Assembly (NCBI GenBank): GCA_032718475.1
Contig: JAUCBJ010008868.1
Location: forward strand, 23,248-87,247
From: Nemertoderma westbladi
Lineage: Eukaryota > Animalia > Xenacoelomorpha
DNA length: 64,000 bases
Direction of reading: 5' to 3'
The notes beneath the pieces were generated by a model, which saw only the letters and a program-made list of their open reading frames with translations, was not told the origin of the DNA and did not search any database. The translations under genes and the position numbers were made by a program. Below are positions 1 through 14,100 of the stretch, in pieces; position 1 is the stretch's first letter, and the number at the start of each line of letters is the position of its first letter.

Positions 1-307
1 TTTACATACTTGTGTGTAAAGTAGCACTTTATAGTGTGATAATCCGAGTGGCTTTGTTACAAGAACGAACGTTAGTGAGTGAGTGAAAATAAAGCTACGA
101 GGATCACAAATGTAAATAAATGTAAAAATGACATAAATTATGTTATAAATAAGTTAACTTATATTTATGGTGGCGTTTGGAGCCATGTTAATAATTGAGC
201 TACTGGTTATTAATAGCTCTACCCCGCCTACCGGTAGGTAATGCAGTAGGCCTATCTGGCTGTCATGTAAATTTCCACCTATTGTTTACGTGGTAACCAA
301 TGACGGC

Positions 308-342
308 GTTAAGTAATGTCCCCTTAGTGGACATTACTTAAC
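308..342. repeat. Perfect 14-bp inverted repeat (hairpin) with 7-nt loop
   Basis: GTTAAGTAATGTCC (308-321) and its exact reverse complement GGACATTACTTAAC (329-342). Confidence 0.8.
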
Positions 343-622
343 AATACTAAATGTACAGGCCAATACAATGCTGTAATGTCCTCAAATGTTGTAAAGAGCT
401 AAATAACAACTCGCTGTTAATACTAACGGCGTTGATTAATGTTACAATTTTGGAATAAAATATATAAAAGTTTAATTTTCACAATCACATACCGGAAACA
501 ATATTTTGAATAAACAAAATAATAAATATTACTCGCAACAGGTTATCCAGCACAAATATAAAATCATTGAAGTTACATTAGATAATGAATGCGGTAAGAT
601 GGGTTTAGATAGAGATCTATGT

Positions 623-770
623 GGGTAGTGGCCGAGTGGATACAGCACCTGAACTGCTTTCACAATGTTTTAGCAGCGTCGGTTCAAATCCAACCGAAAG
701 CTTTAAAAACTTAGCGTTGTTGAGTCCCTAAGCAGGAAACTTTAAACATTAGTGTGGCAGTGCTTGTACT
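623..770 (+). mobile_element. tRNA-derived SINE-like relic
   Basis: Pol III A box TGGCCGAGTGG (629-639) and B box GGTTCAAATCC (681-691) at tRNA-like spacing, without a clean cloverleaf. Followed by GTTGAGTCCCTAAGCAGGAAACTTTAAAC, which resembles the central domain of animal SINEs (recalled similarity). 3' end uncertain. Confidence 0.55.
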
Positions 771-1362
771 ATATGATACCGTAACAAAAACAAACTGTTT
801 AAAATGCCTTATTTAATGAGTATATATGTATTTAGAGTTCAATTATTCACAAATGTTGGAAAAAGTAATGTAAAATTATATTTATTCTCAAATGGTTACT
901 TTTTCGATCGAATATACCGCAAAATCGGGAGAAAATTAGTAATTTTTTTCCCTAGGAAATAAAAGTAATCAATAGGATTGCATTGATTTTACTTTTTTCC
1001 CGGCGAAAAAAGTAAAATAAAATATTTTTGGTGGATTGAATATTTTGGGTGGATTTTTGATAGAGCATTGACAAGGTTTGCACGTAATTTGAGCAAAATC
1101 GATTCACACATTGAAAAGTTATTACAACTTTAGTGTCTGTAAGGCGAACTCTAAAACGGAACTCAATATTCAATATTGGTTTATGTTGTTAAGCGGCTCT
1201 CTAGTTACGTAATAAATATTCGAGAACACTAAATTATTTAACATTGAGTAAAGCAACATCGAGAGTTGGAGAGTACAATAATTACAATAGCAGTAACTAT
1301 GGAAGTAATATAGTAAAATACTGCAGTTCAATTTATTTTGTACCACTACCGGTATATCGCTG

Positions 1363-1495
1363 TATTAGATGGGAAAAAAACGTAGAACATTTTTTTTCAT
1401 TATTCTCTCGACCCTTTATTAACCTCGGTGTCGCTCGGTAAATAAAATGCCTCGAGAATAGTGAAAAAAAGTTCTACTTTTTTTCCCATGTAATA
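1363..1495. repeat. Long imperfect palindrome, MITE-like fold-back element
   Basis: TATTAGATGGGAAAAAAACGTAGAACATTTTTTTTCATTATTCTC pairs with GAGAATAGTGAAAAAAAGTTCTACTTTTTTTCCCATGTAATA. Arms are ~42-45 bp with few mismatches around a short centre. Confidence 0.65.
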
Positions 1496-2074
1496 AATAA
1501 TTGTAACAATACCTTTACGAAAAAAATAATTAATACGTGTTAGAACGTGTAATACGTGTAATCAGTTAGAACGTGTAACCTGCGCAATCACAGTTACAAT
1601 CTGTCAATCAAAATATTATGGGTGGTATTACGTCACAATTATTGATACATTATGTTTACATAACGTGATTAGAAAGGGAAATAACAGACAGGACCAAGAA
1701 CATAGACAACACCCGCGTGTGTTCCTGGAAACGTAAATACAAATTATTGTTAAACATTGATATAATCAAATATTGAAAAATGATTTAAAAGAAAAGGTGC
1801 CGCTGCTGGTAACGTTAGAATTCATTGTGCTTTAATCTGATTGGATGTTTCCAAAATACCTTCCATCTATTTCTCTGAATTCTTAATCACAAAACGCTAA
1901 TGAAATATTATTAAAACAATACTGTAACAACACTATTATTATTAATTCATATGTTTCAAAAGTTTTTCTACCTAATTTGTATATATTTAATAATTTAATT
2001 CAATGTAAAATGTTCTTCCTTATCATATAGAAAAGTTTAGACCAAGCAGAACAGTGCTTTAAATGCTGCAGCCT

Positions 2075-2135
2075 AGCCCAACCCAGGCTTTCATCCTTCA
2101 GTGGTCGATAAATGGGAACCAAGGCTACTTGGGAA
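2075..2135 (+). mobile_element. SINE central-domain-like fragment at the left edge of the satellite
   Basis: CCCAACCCAGGCTTTCATCCTTCAGTGGTCGATAAATGGGAACCAAGG resembles the recalled CCAACTCAGCCTTTCATCCTTCCGGGGTCGATAAATGAGTACC domain of metazoan SINEs. No tRNA head is visible immediately upstream. Confidence 0.4.
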
Positions 2136-5100
2136 ACAGAGTATAAGGTTTTACTGTGGAAGATCACCCGTGGTGGTGAACTGGCATTCCGTTAGGAAAC
2201 AGAGTGGAAGTGTTTGATTTACTGTGGAAGATCACCCATGGTGGTGAACAGGCATTACTTTAGGAAACAGAGTAGAAGGGTTTACTGTGGAAGGTCACCC
2301 ATGGTGGTGAACAGGCATTCCTTTAGGAACGAGAGTGGAAGGGTTTACTGTGGAAGATCACCCATGGTGGTGAACAGGCATTCTTTTAGGGAACAGAGTG
2401 GAAGGGTTTACTGTGGAAGATCACCCATGGTGGTGAACAGGCATTCCTTTAGGGAACAGAGTGGAGGGGTTTACTGTGGAAGATCACCCATGGTAGTGAA
2501 CAGGCATTCCTTTAGGAACCAGAGTGGAAGGGTTAACTGTGGAAGATCTCCCATGGTGGTGGACAGGCATTCCTTTAGGAAACAGAGTGGAAGGGTTTAC
2601 TGTGGAAGATCACCAATGGTGGTGAACAGGCATTCCTTTAGGAAACAGAGTGGAAGGGTTTACTGTGGAAGAGATCACCCATGGTGGTGAACAGGCATTC
2701 CTTTAGGAAACAGAGTGGAAGGGTTTACTGTGGAAGATCACCCATAGTGGTGAACAGGCATTCCTTTAGGAACCAGAGTGGAAGGGTTTACTGTGGAAGA
2801 TCACCCATGGTGGTGAACAGGCATTCCTTTGGGAAACCGAGTGGAAGGGTTTACTGTGGAAGAGATCACCCATGGTGGTGAACAGGCATTCCTTTGGGAA
2901 ACAGAGTGGAAGGGTTTACTATGGGAGATCAAGATCACCCATGGTGGTGAACAGGCATTCCTTTGGGAAACAGAGTGGAAGGGTTTACTGTGGAAGAGAT
3001 CACCCATGGTGGTGAACAGGCATTCCTTTGGGAAAAAGGGTGGAAGGGTTTACTGTGGAAGATCACCCATGGTGGTGAACAGGCATTCCTTTAGGAAACA
3101 TAATGGAAGGGTTTACTGTGGAAGAGATCACCCATGGTGGTGAACAGGCATTCCTTTGGGAAACAGAGTGGAAGGGTTTACTGTGGAAGAGATCAACCAT
3201 GGTGGTGAACAGACATTCCTTTGGGAAACAGAGTGGAAGGGTTTACTGTGGAAGATCACCCATGGTGGTGAACAGGCATTCCTTTGGGAAAAAGGGTGGA
3301 AGGGTTTACTGTGGAAGATCACCCATGGTGGTGAACAGGCATTCCTTTAGGAAACAGAGTGGAAGGGTTTACTGTGGAAGAGATCACCCATGGTGGTGAA
3401 CAGACATTCCTTTGGGAAACAGAGTGGAAGGGTTTACTGTGGAAGATCACCCATGGTGGTGAACAGGCATTCCTTTGGGAAACAGAGTGGAAGGGTTTAC
3501 TGTGGAAGATCACCCATGGTGGTGAACAGGCATTCCTTTAGGAAACAGAATGGAAGGGTTTACTGTGGAAGATCACCCATGGTGGTGAACTGGCATTCCT
3601 TTAGGAAACAGAGTGGAAGGGTTTACTGTGGAAGAGATCACCCATGGTGGTGAACAGGCATTCCTTTAGGAAACAGAGTATAAGGGTTTACTGTGGAAGA
3701 TCACCCATGGTGGTGAACAGGCATTCCTTTGGGAAACAGAGTGGAAGGGTTTACTGTGGAAGATCACCCATGGTGGTGAACTGGCATTCCTTTAGGAACG
3801 AGAGTGGAAGGGTTTACTGTGGAAGATCACCCATGGTGGTGAACAGGCATTCCTTTAGGAACGAGAGTGGAAGGGTTTACTGTGGAAGATCACCCATGGT
3901 GGTGAACAGGCATTCCTTTAGGAAACAGAGTTGAAGGCTTTACTGTGGAAGATCACCAATGGTGGTGAACAAGCATTCCTTTAGGAAACAGAGTGGAAGG
4001 GTTTACTGTGGAAGATCACCCATGGTGGTGAACAGGCATTCCTTTGGGAAACAGAGTGGAAGGGTTTACTGTGGAAGATCACCCATGGTGGTGAACTAGC
4101 ATTCCTTTAGGAACGAGAGTGGAAGGGTTTACTGTGGAAGATCACCCATGGTGGTGAACAGGCATTCCTTTAGGAACGAGAGTGGAAGGGTTTACTGTGG
4201 AAGATCACCCATGGTGGTGAACAGGCATTCCTTTAGGAAACAGAGTGGGAGGCTTTACTGTGGAAGATCACCCATGGTGGTGAACAGGCATTCCTTTAGG
4301 AACGAGAGTGGAAGGGTTTACTGTGGAAGATCACCCATGGTGGTGAACAGGCATTCCTTTAGGAAACAGAGTGGAAGGGTTTACTGTGGAAGAGATCACC
4401 CATGGTGGTGAACAGACATTCCTTTGGGAAACAGAGTGGAAGGGTTTACTGTGGAAGATCACCCATGGTGGTGAACAGGCATTCCTTTAGGAAACAGAGT
4501 GGAAGGGTTTACTGAGGAAGATCACTCATGGTGGTGAACAGGCATTCCTTTAGGAAACAGAGTGGAAGGGTTTACTGTGGAAGAGATCACCCATGGTGGT
4601 GAACAGACATTCCTTTGGGAAACAGAGTGGAAGGGTTTACTGTGGAAGATCACCCATGGTGGTGAACAGGCATTCCTTTAGGAAACAGAGTGGAAGGGTT
4701 TACTGAGGAAGATCACTCATGGTGGTGAACAGGCATTCCTTTGGGAAACAGAGTGGAAGGGTTTACTGTGGAAGATCACCCATGGTGGTGAACAGGCATT
4801 CCTTTAGGAAACAGAGTGGAAGGGTTTACTGTGGAAGATCACCCATGGTGGTGAACAGGCATTCCTTTAGGAACGAGAGTGGAAGGGTTTACTGTGGAAG
4901 ATCACCCATGGTGGTGAACAGGCATTCCTTTGGGAAACAGAGTGGAAGGGTTTACTGTGGAAGATCACCCATGGTGGTGAACAGGCATTCCTTTAGGAAA
5001 CAGAGTGGAAGGGTTTACTGTGGAAGATCACCCATGGTGGTGAACAGCCATTCCTTTAGGAAACAGAGTGGAAGGGTTTACTGTGGAAGATCACCAATGG

Positions 5101-8100
5101 TGGTGAACAGGCATTCCTTTAGGAAACAGAGTGGAGGGGAGTACTGTGGAAGATCACCCATGGTAGTGAACAGGCATTCCTTTAGGAACCAGAGTGGAAG
5201 GGTTTACTGTGGAAGATCACCCATGGTGGTGAACAGGCATTCCTTTGGGAAACAGAGTGGAAGGGTTTACTGTGGAAGAGATCACCCATGGTGGTGAACA
5301 GACATTCCTTTGGGAAACAGAGTGGAAGGGTTTACTGTGGAAGATCACCCATGGTGGTGAACAGGCATTCCTTTAGGAACGAGAGTGGAAGGGTTTACTG
5401 TGGAAGATCACCCATGGTGGTGAACAGCCATTCCTTTAGGAAACAGAGTGGAAGGGTTTACTGTGGAAGATCACCAATGGTGGTGAACAGGCATTCCTTT
5501 AGGAAACAGAGTGGAGGGGAGTACTGTGGAAGATCACCCATGGTAGTGAACAGGCATTCCTTTAGGAACCAGAGTGGAAGGGTTTACTGTGGAAGATCAC
5601 CCATGGTGGTGAACAGGCATTCCTTTGGGAAACAGAGTGGAAGGGTTTACTGTGGAAGAGATCACCCATGGTGGTGAACAGACATTCCTTTGGGAAACAG
5701 AGTGGAAGGGTTTACTGTGGAAGATCACCGATGGTGGTGAACAGGCATTCCTTTAGGAAACAGAGTGGAAGGGTTTACTGTGGAAGAGATCACCCATGGT
5801 GGTGAACAGACATTCCTTTGGGAAACAGAGTGGAAGGGTTTACTGTGGAAGATCACCCATGGTGGTGAACAGGCATTCCTTTAGGAAACAGAGTGGAAGG
5901 GTTTACTGTGGAAGATCACCCATGGTGGTGAACAGGCATTCCTTTAGGAACGAGAGTGGAAGGGTTTACTGTGGAAGATCACCCATGGTGGTGAACAGGC
6001 ATTCCTTTGGGAAACAGAATGGAAGGGTTTACTGTGGAAGATCAACCATGGTGGTGAACAGGCATTCCTTTAGGAACCAGAGTGGAAGGGTTTACTGTGG
6101 AAGATCACCCATGGTGGTGAACAGGCATTCCTTTGGGAAACAGAGTGGAAGGGTTTACTGTGGAAGATCACCCATGGTGGTGAACAGGCATTCCTTTGGG
6201 AAACAGAGTGGAAGGCTTTACTGTGGAAGATCACCAATGGTGGTGAACAGGCATTCCTTTAGGAAACAGAGTGGAAGGGTTTACTGTGGAAGAGATCACC
6301 CATGGCGGTGAACAGGCATTCCTTTAGGAAACAGAGTGGAAGGGTTTACTGTGGAAGATCACCCATGGTGGTGAACAGGCATTCCTTTAGGAAACAGAGT
6401 GGAAGGGTTTACTGTGGAAGGAGAACGGGTATTCCTTTAGGAACCAGAGTGGAAGGGTTTACTGTGGAAGAGATCACCCATGGTGGTGAACAGGCATTCC
6501 TTTGGGAAACAGAGTGGAAGGGTTTACTGTGGAAGATCACCCATGGTGGTGAACAGGCATTCCTTTAGGAACGAGAGTGGAAGGGTTTACTGTGGAAGAT
6601 CACCCATGGTGGTGAACAGGCATTCCTTTAGGAACGAGAGTGGAAGGGTTTACTGTGGAAGATCACCCATGGTGGTGAACAGCCATTCCTTTAGGAAACA
6701 GAGTGGAAGGGTCTACTGTGGAAGATCACCAATAGTGGTGAACAGGCATTCCTTTAGGAAACAGAGTGGAGGGGAGTACTGTGGAAGATCACCCATGGTA
6801 GTGAACAGGCATTCCTTTAGGAACCAGAGTGGAAGGGTTTAATGTGGAAGATCACCCATGGTGGTGGACAGGCATTCCTTTAGGAAACAGAGTGGAAGGG
6901 TTTAATGTGGAAGATCACCCATGGTGGTGGACAGGCATTCCTTTAGGAAACATAATGGAAGGGTTTACTGTGGAAGAGATCACCCATGGTGGTGAACAGG
7001 CATTCCTTTAGGAACCAGAGTGGAAGGGTTTACTGTGGAAGATCACCCATGGTGGTGAACAGGCATTCCTTTAGGAAACAGAGTGGAAGGGTTTACTGTG
7101 GAAGAGATCACCCATGGTGGTGAACAGGCATTCCTTTAGGAAACAGAATGGAAGGGTTTACTGTGGAAGATCACCCATGGTGGTGAACATGCATTCCTTT
7201 AGGAACCAGAGTGGAAGGGTTTACTGTGGAAGATCACCCATGGTGGTGAACAGGCATTCCTTTAGGAACGAGAGTGGAAGGGTTTACTGTAGAAGATCAC
7301 CCATGGTGGTGAACAGGCATTCCTTTAGGAAACAGAGTAGAAGGGTTTACTGTGGAAGATCACCCATGCTGGTGAACAGGCATTCCTTTAGGAACGAGAG
7401 TGGAAGGGTTTACTGTGGAAGATCACCCATGGTGGTGAACAGGCATTCCTTTAGGAAACAAATGGAAGGGATTACTGTGGAAGATCACCCATGGTGGTGA
7501 ACAGGCATTCCTTTAGGAACGAGAGTGGAAGGGTTTACTGTGGAAGATCACCAATGGTGGTGAACAGGCATGCCTTTAGGAAACAGAGTGGAGGGGTTTA
7601 CTGTGGAAGATCACCCATGGTAGTGAACAGGCATTCATTTAGGAACCAGAGTGGAAGGGTTAACTGTGGAAGATCTCCCAACGTGGTGGACAGGCATTCC
7701 TTTAGGAAACAGAGTGGAAGGGTTTACTGTTGAAGATCACCCATGGTGGTGAACAGGCATTCCTTTAGGGAACAGAGTGTAAGGGTTTACTGTGGAAGAT
7801 CACCCATGGTGGTGAACAGACATTCCTTTAGGGAACAGAGTGTAAGGGTTTACTGTGGAAGATCACCCATGGTGGTGAACAGACATTCCTTTAGGAACCA
7901 GAGTGGAAGGGTTTACTGTGGAAGATCACCCATGGTGGTGAACAGACATTCCTTTAGGAACCAGAGTGGAAGGGTTTACTGTGGAAGATCACCCATGGTG
8001 GTGAACAGGCATTCCTTTAGGAAACACAATGGAAGGGTTTACTGTGGAAGAGATCACCCATGGTGGTGAACAGGCATTCCTTTAGGAAACATAATGGAAG

Positions 8101-11100
8101 GGTTTACTGTGGAAGAGATCACCCATGGTGGTGAACAGGCATTCCTTTAGGAAACATAATGGAAGGGTTTACTGTGGAAGAGATAACCCATGGTGGTGAA
8201 CAGGCATTCCTTTAGGAACCAGAGTGGAAGGGTTTACTGTGGAAGATCACCCATGGTGGTGAACAGACATTCCTTTAGGAACCAGAGTGGAAGGGTTTAC
8301 TGTGGAAGATCACTCATGGTGGTGAACAGGCATTCCTTTGGGAAACATAATGGAAGGGTTTACTGTGGAAGATCACCCATGGTGGTGAACAGACATTCCT
8401 TTAGGAACCAGAGTGGAAGGGTTTACTGTGGAAGATCACCCATGGTGGTGAACAGACATTCCTTTAGGAACCAGAGTGGAAGGGTTTACTGTGGAAGATC
8501 ACTCATGGTGGTGAACAGGCATTCCTTTGGTAAAACATAATGGAAGGGTTTACTGTGGAAGAGATCACCCATGGTGGTGAACAGGCATTCCTTTAGGAAA
8601 CATAATGGAAGGGTTTACTGTGGAAGAGATCACCCATGGTGGTGAACAGGCATTCCTTTAGGAAACATAATGGAAGGGTTTACTGTGGAAGAGATCACCC
8701 ATGGTGGTGAACAGGCATTCCTTTAGGGAACAGAGTGGAAGGATTTACTGTGGAAGATCACCCATGGTGGTGAACAGGCATTCCTTTAGGAAACAGAGTG
8801 GAAGGGTTTACTGTGGAAGAGATCACCCATGGTGGTGAACAGGCATTCCTTTGGGAAACAGAGTGGAAGGGTTTACTGTGGAAGATCACCCATGGTGGTG
8901 AACAGGCATTCCTTTAGGAACCAGAGTGGAAGGGTTTATTGTGGAAGAGATCACCCATGGTGGTGAACAGGCATTCCTTTAGGAAACATAATGGAAGGGT
9001 TTACTGTGGAAGAGATCACCCATGGTGGTGAACAGGCATTCCTTTGGGAAACAGAGTGGAAGGGTTTACTGCGGAAGATCACCCATGGTGGTGAACAGGC
9101 ATTCCTTTAGGAAACATAATGGAAGGGTTTACTGTGGAAGAGATCACCCATGGTGGTGAACAGGCATTCCTTTAGGAAACAGAGTGGAAGGGTTTACTGT
9201 GGAAGAGATCACCCATGGTGGTGAACAGGCATTCCTTTGGGAAACAGAGTGGAAGGGTTTACTGTGGAAGATCACCCATGGTGGTGAAAAGGCATTCCTT
9301 TAGGAAACAGAGTGGAAGGGTTTACTGTGGAAGAGATCACCCATGGTGGTGAACAGGCATTCCTTTGGGAAACAGAGTGGAAGGGTTTACTGTGGAAGAT
9401 CACCCATGGTGGTGAACAGGCATTCCTTTAGGAAACAGAGTGGAAGGGTTTACTGTGGAAGATCACCCATGGTGGTGAACAGGCATTCCTTTAGGAAACA
9501 GAGTGGAAGGGTTTACTGAGGAAGATCACCCATGGTGGTGAACAGGCATTCCTTTAGGAAACAGAGTGGAAGGGTTTACTGTGGAAGATCACCCATGGTG
9601 GTGAACAGGCATTCCTTTAGGGAACAGAGTGGAATGGTTTACTGTGGAAGAGATCACCCATGGTGGTGAACAGGCATTCCTTTAGGGAACAGAGTGGAAT
9701 GGTTTACTGTGGAAGATCACCCATGGTGGTGAACAGGCATTCCTTTAGGAACCAGAGTGGAAGGGTTTACTGTGGAAGATCACCCATGGTGGTGAACAGG
9801 CATTCCTTTAGGAAACAGAGTGGAAGGGTTTACTGCGGAAGATCACCCATGGTGGTGAACAGGCATTCCTTTAGGAAACAGAGTGGAAGGGTTTACTGCG
9901 GAAGATCACCCATGGTGGTGAACAGGCATTCCTTTAGGAAACAGAGTGGAAGGGTTTACTGAGGAAGATCACCCATGGTGGTGAACAGGCATTCCTTTAG
10001 GAAACAGAGTGGAAGGGTTTACTGTGGAAGATCACCCATGGTGGTGAACAGGCATTCCTTTAGGAACCAGAGTGGAAGGGTTTACTGTGGAAGATCACCC
10101 ATGGTGGTGAACAGGCATTCCTTTAGGAAACAGAGTGGAAGGGTTTACTGCGGAAGATCACCCATGGTGGTGAACAGGCATTCCTTTAGGAACCAGAGTG
10201 GAAGGGTTTATTGTGGAAGAGATCACCCATGGTGGTGAACAGGCATTCCTTTAGGGAACAGAGTGGAATGGTTTACTGTGGAAGAGATCACCCATGGTGG
10301 TGAACAGGCATTCCTTTGGGAAACAGAGTGGAAGGGTTTACTGCGGAAGATCACCCATGGTGGTGAACAGGCATTCCTTTAGGAACCAGAGTGGAAGGGT
10401 TTATTGTGGAAGAGATCACCCATGGTGGTGAACAGGCATTCCTTTAGGGAACAGAGTGGAATGGTTTACTGTGGAAGAGATCACCCATGGTGGTGAACAG
10501 GCATTCCTTTAGGAAACAGAGTGGAAGGGTTAACTGCGGAAGATCACCCATGGTGGTGAACAGGCATTCCTTTAGGAACCAGAGTGGAAGGGTTTATTGT
10601 GGAAGAGATCACCCATGGTGGTGAACAGGCATTCCTTTAGGGAACAGAGTGGAAGGGTTTACTGTGGAAGAGATCACCCATGGTGGTGAACAGGCATTCC
10701 TTTAGGAAACAGAGTGGAAGGGTTTACTGTAGAAGTTCACCCATGGTGGTGAACAGGCATTCCTTTAGGGAACAGAGTGGAAGGGTTTACTGTGGAAGAG
10801 ATCACCCATGGTGGTGAACAGGCATTCCTTTAGGAAACAGAGTGGAAGGGTTTACTGTGGAAGATCACCCATGGTGGTGAACAGACATTCCTTTAGGAAC
10901 CAGAGTGGAAGGGTTTACTGTGGAAGATCACCCATGGTGGTGTACAGGCATTCCTTTAGGAAACAGAGTGGAAGGGTTTACTGTGGAAGATCACCCATGG
11001 TGGTGAACAGGCATTCCTTTAGGGAACAGAGTGGAAGGGTTTACTGTGGAAGATCACCCATGGTGGTGAACAGGCATTCCTTTAGGGAACAGAGTGGAAG

Positions 11101-14100
11101 GGTTTACTGTGGAAGATCACCCATGGTGGTGAACAGGTATTCCTTTAGGAAACACAATGGAAGGGTTTACTGTGGAAGAGATCACCCATGGTGGTGAACA
11201 GGCATTCCTTTGGGAAACAGAGTGGAAGGGTTTACTGCGGAAGATCACCCATGGTGGTGAACAGGCATTCCTTTAGGAACCAGAGTGGAAGGGTTTACTG
11301 TGGAAGAGATCACCCATGGTGGTGAACAGGCATTCCTTTGGGAAACAGAGTGGAAGGGTTTACTGCGGAAGATCACCCATGGTGGTGAACAGGCATTCCT
11401 TTAGGAAACATAATGGAAGGGTTTACTGTGGAAGAGATCACCCATGGTGGTGAACAGGCATTCCTTTGGGAAACAGAGTGGAAGGGTTTACTGCGGAAGA
11501 TCACCCATGGTAGTGAACAGGCATTCCTTTAGGAACCAGAGTGGAAGGGTTTATTGTGGAAGAGATCACCCATGGTGGTGAACAGGCATTCCTTTAGGGA
11601 ACAGAGTGGAAGGGTTTATTGTGGAAGAGATCACCCATGGTGGTGAACAGGCATTCCTTTAGGGAACAGAGTGGAAGGGTTTACTGTGGAAGAGATCACC
11701 CATGGTGGTGAACAGGCATTCCTTTAAGAAACAGAGTGGAAGGGTTTACTGCGGAAGATCACCCATGGTGGTGAACAGGCATTCCTTTAGGAACCAGAGT
11801 GGAAGGGTTTATTGTGGAAGAGATCACCCATGGTGGTGAACAGGCATTCCTTTAGGGAACAGAGTGGAAGGGTTTATTGTTGAAGAGATCACCCATGGTG
11901 GTGAACAGGCATTCCTTTAGGAAACAGAGTGGAAGGGTTTACTGTGGGAGATCACCCATGGTGGTGAACAGTCATTCCTTTAGGAACCAGAGTGGAAGGG
12001 TTTACTGTGGAAGAGATCACCCATGGTGGTGAACAGGCATTCCTTTGGGAAACTGAGTGGAAGGGTTTACTGCGGAAGATCACCCATGGTGGTGAACAGG
12101 CATTCCTTTGGGAAACAGAGTGGAAGGGTTTACTGCGGAAGATCACCCATGGTGGTGAACAGGCATTCCTTTAGGAACCAGAGTGGAAGGGTTTATTGTG
12201 GAAGAGATCACCTATTGTGGTGAACAGGCATTCCTTTAGGGAACAGAGTGGAAGGGTTTACTGTGGAAGAGATCACCCATGGTGGTGAACAGGCATTCCT
12301 TTAGGAAACAGAGTGGAAGGGTTTACTGCGGAAGATCACCCATGGTGGTGAACAGGCATTCCTTTAGGAACCAGAGTGGAAGGGTTTATTGTGGAAGAGA
12401 TCACCCATGGTGGTGAACAGGCATTCCTTTAGGGAACAGAGTGGAAGGGTTTATTGTGGAAGAGATCACCCATGGTGGTGAACAGGCATTCCTTTAGGGA
12501 ACAAAGTGGAAGGGTTTACTGTGGAAGAGATCACCCATGGTGGTGAACAGGCATTCCTTTAGGAAACAGAGTGGAAGGGTTTACTGCGGAAGATCACCCA
12601 TGGTGGTGAACAGGCATTCCTTTGGGAAACATAATGGAAGGGTTTACTGTGGAAGAGATCACCCATGGTGGTGAACAGGCATTCCTTTAGGAAACATAAT
12701 GGAAGGGTTTACTGTGGAAGAGATCACCCATGGTGGTGAACAGGCATTCCTTTAGGAACCAGAGTGGAAGGGTTTATTGTGGAAGAGATCACCCATGGTG
12801 GTGAACAGACATTCCTTTGGGAAACAGAGTGGAAGGGTTTACTGCGGAAGATCACCCATGGTGGTGAACAGGCATTCCTTTAGGAAACAGAGTAGAAGGG
12901 TTTACTGTGGAAGAGATCACCCATGGTGGTGAACAGGCATTCCTCTAGGAACGAGAGTGGAAGGGTTTACTGCGGAAGATCACCCATGGTGGTGAACAGG
13001 CATTCCTTTAGGAACCAGAGTGGAAGGGTTTATTGTGGAAGAGATCACCCATGGTGGTGAACAGGCATTCCTTTAGGAAACAGAGTGGAAGGGTTTATTG
13101 TGGAAGAGATCACCCATGGTGGTGAACAGGCATTCCTTTAGGGAACAGAGTGGAAGGGTTTACTGTGGAAGAGATCACCCATGGTGGTGAACAGGCATTC
13201 CTTTGGGAACAGAGTGGAAGGGTATACTGTGGAAGATCACCCATTGCGGTGAACAGGCATTCCTTTAGGAAACAGAGTGGAAGGGTTTACTGTGGAAGAT
13301 CACCCATGGTGGTGAACCGGCATTCCTTTGGGAAACAGAGTGGAAGGGTTTACTGCGGAAGATCACCCATGGTGGTGAACAGGCATTCCTTTGGGAAACA
13401 GAGTGGAAGGGTTTACTGCGGAAGATCACCCATGGTGGTGAACAGGCATTCCTTTAGGAAACAGAGTGGAAGGGTTTACTGCGGAAGATCACCCATGGTG
13501 GTGAACAGGCATTCCTTTAGGAACCAGAGTGGAAGGGTTTATTGTGGAAGAGATCACCCATGGTGGTGAACAGGCATTCCTTTAGGGAACAGAGTGGAAG
13601 GGTTTACTGTGGAAGAGATCACCCATGGTGGTGAACAGGCATTCCTTTGGGAACAGAGTGGAAGGGTATACTGTGGAAGATCACCCATTGTGGTGAACAG
13701 GCATTCCTTTAGGAAACAGAGTGGAAGGGTTTACTGTGGAAGATCACCCATGGTGGTGAACAGGCATTCCTTTGGGAAACAGAGTGGAAGGGTTTACTGC
13801 GGAAGATCACCCATGGTGGTGAACAGGCATTCCTTTAGGAACCAGAGTGGAAGGGTTTACTGTGGAAGAGATCACCCATGGTGGTGAACAGGCATTCCTT
13901 TGGGAAACAGAGTGGAAGGGTTTACTGCGGAAGATCACCCATGGTGGTGAACAGGCATTCCTTTAGGGAACAGAGTGGAAGGGTTTACTGTGGAAGAGAT
14001 CACCCATGGTGGTGAACAGGCATTCCTTTAGGAAACATAATGGAAGGGTTTACTGTGGAAGATCACCAATGGTGGTGAACAGGCATTCCTTTAGGAAACA

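Noticed and set aside
623-700. Functional tRNA genes here and at 43763/63240
   Set aside because: A/B boxes are present but acceptor, anticodon and T stems do not pair properly.
6199-6210. Satellite variant TGGAAGGCTT resembling the 5' half of the retrotransposon hairpin
   Set aside because: Only ~10 nt, from a minor G>C variant, and it lacks the complementary arm; likely coincidence.
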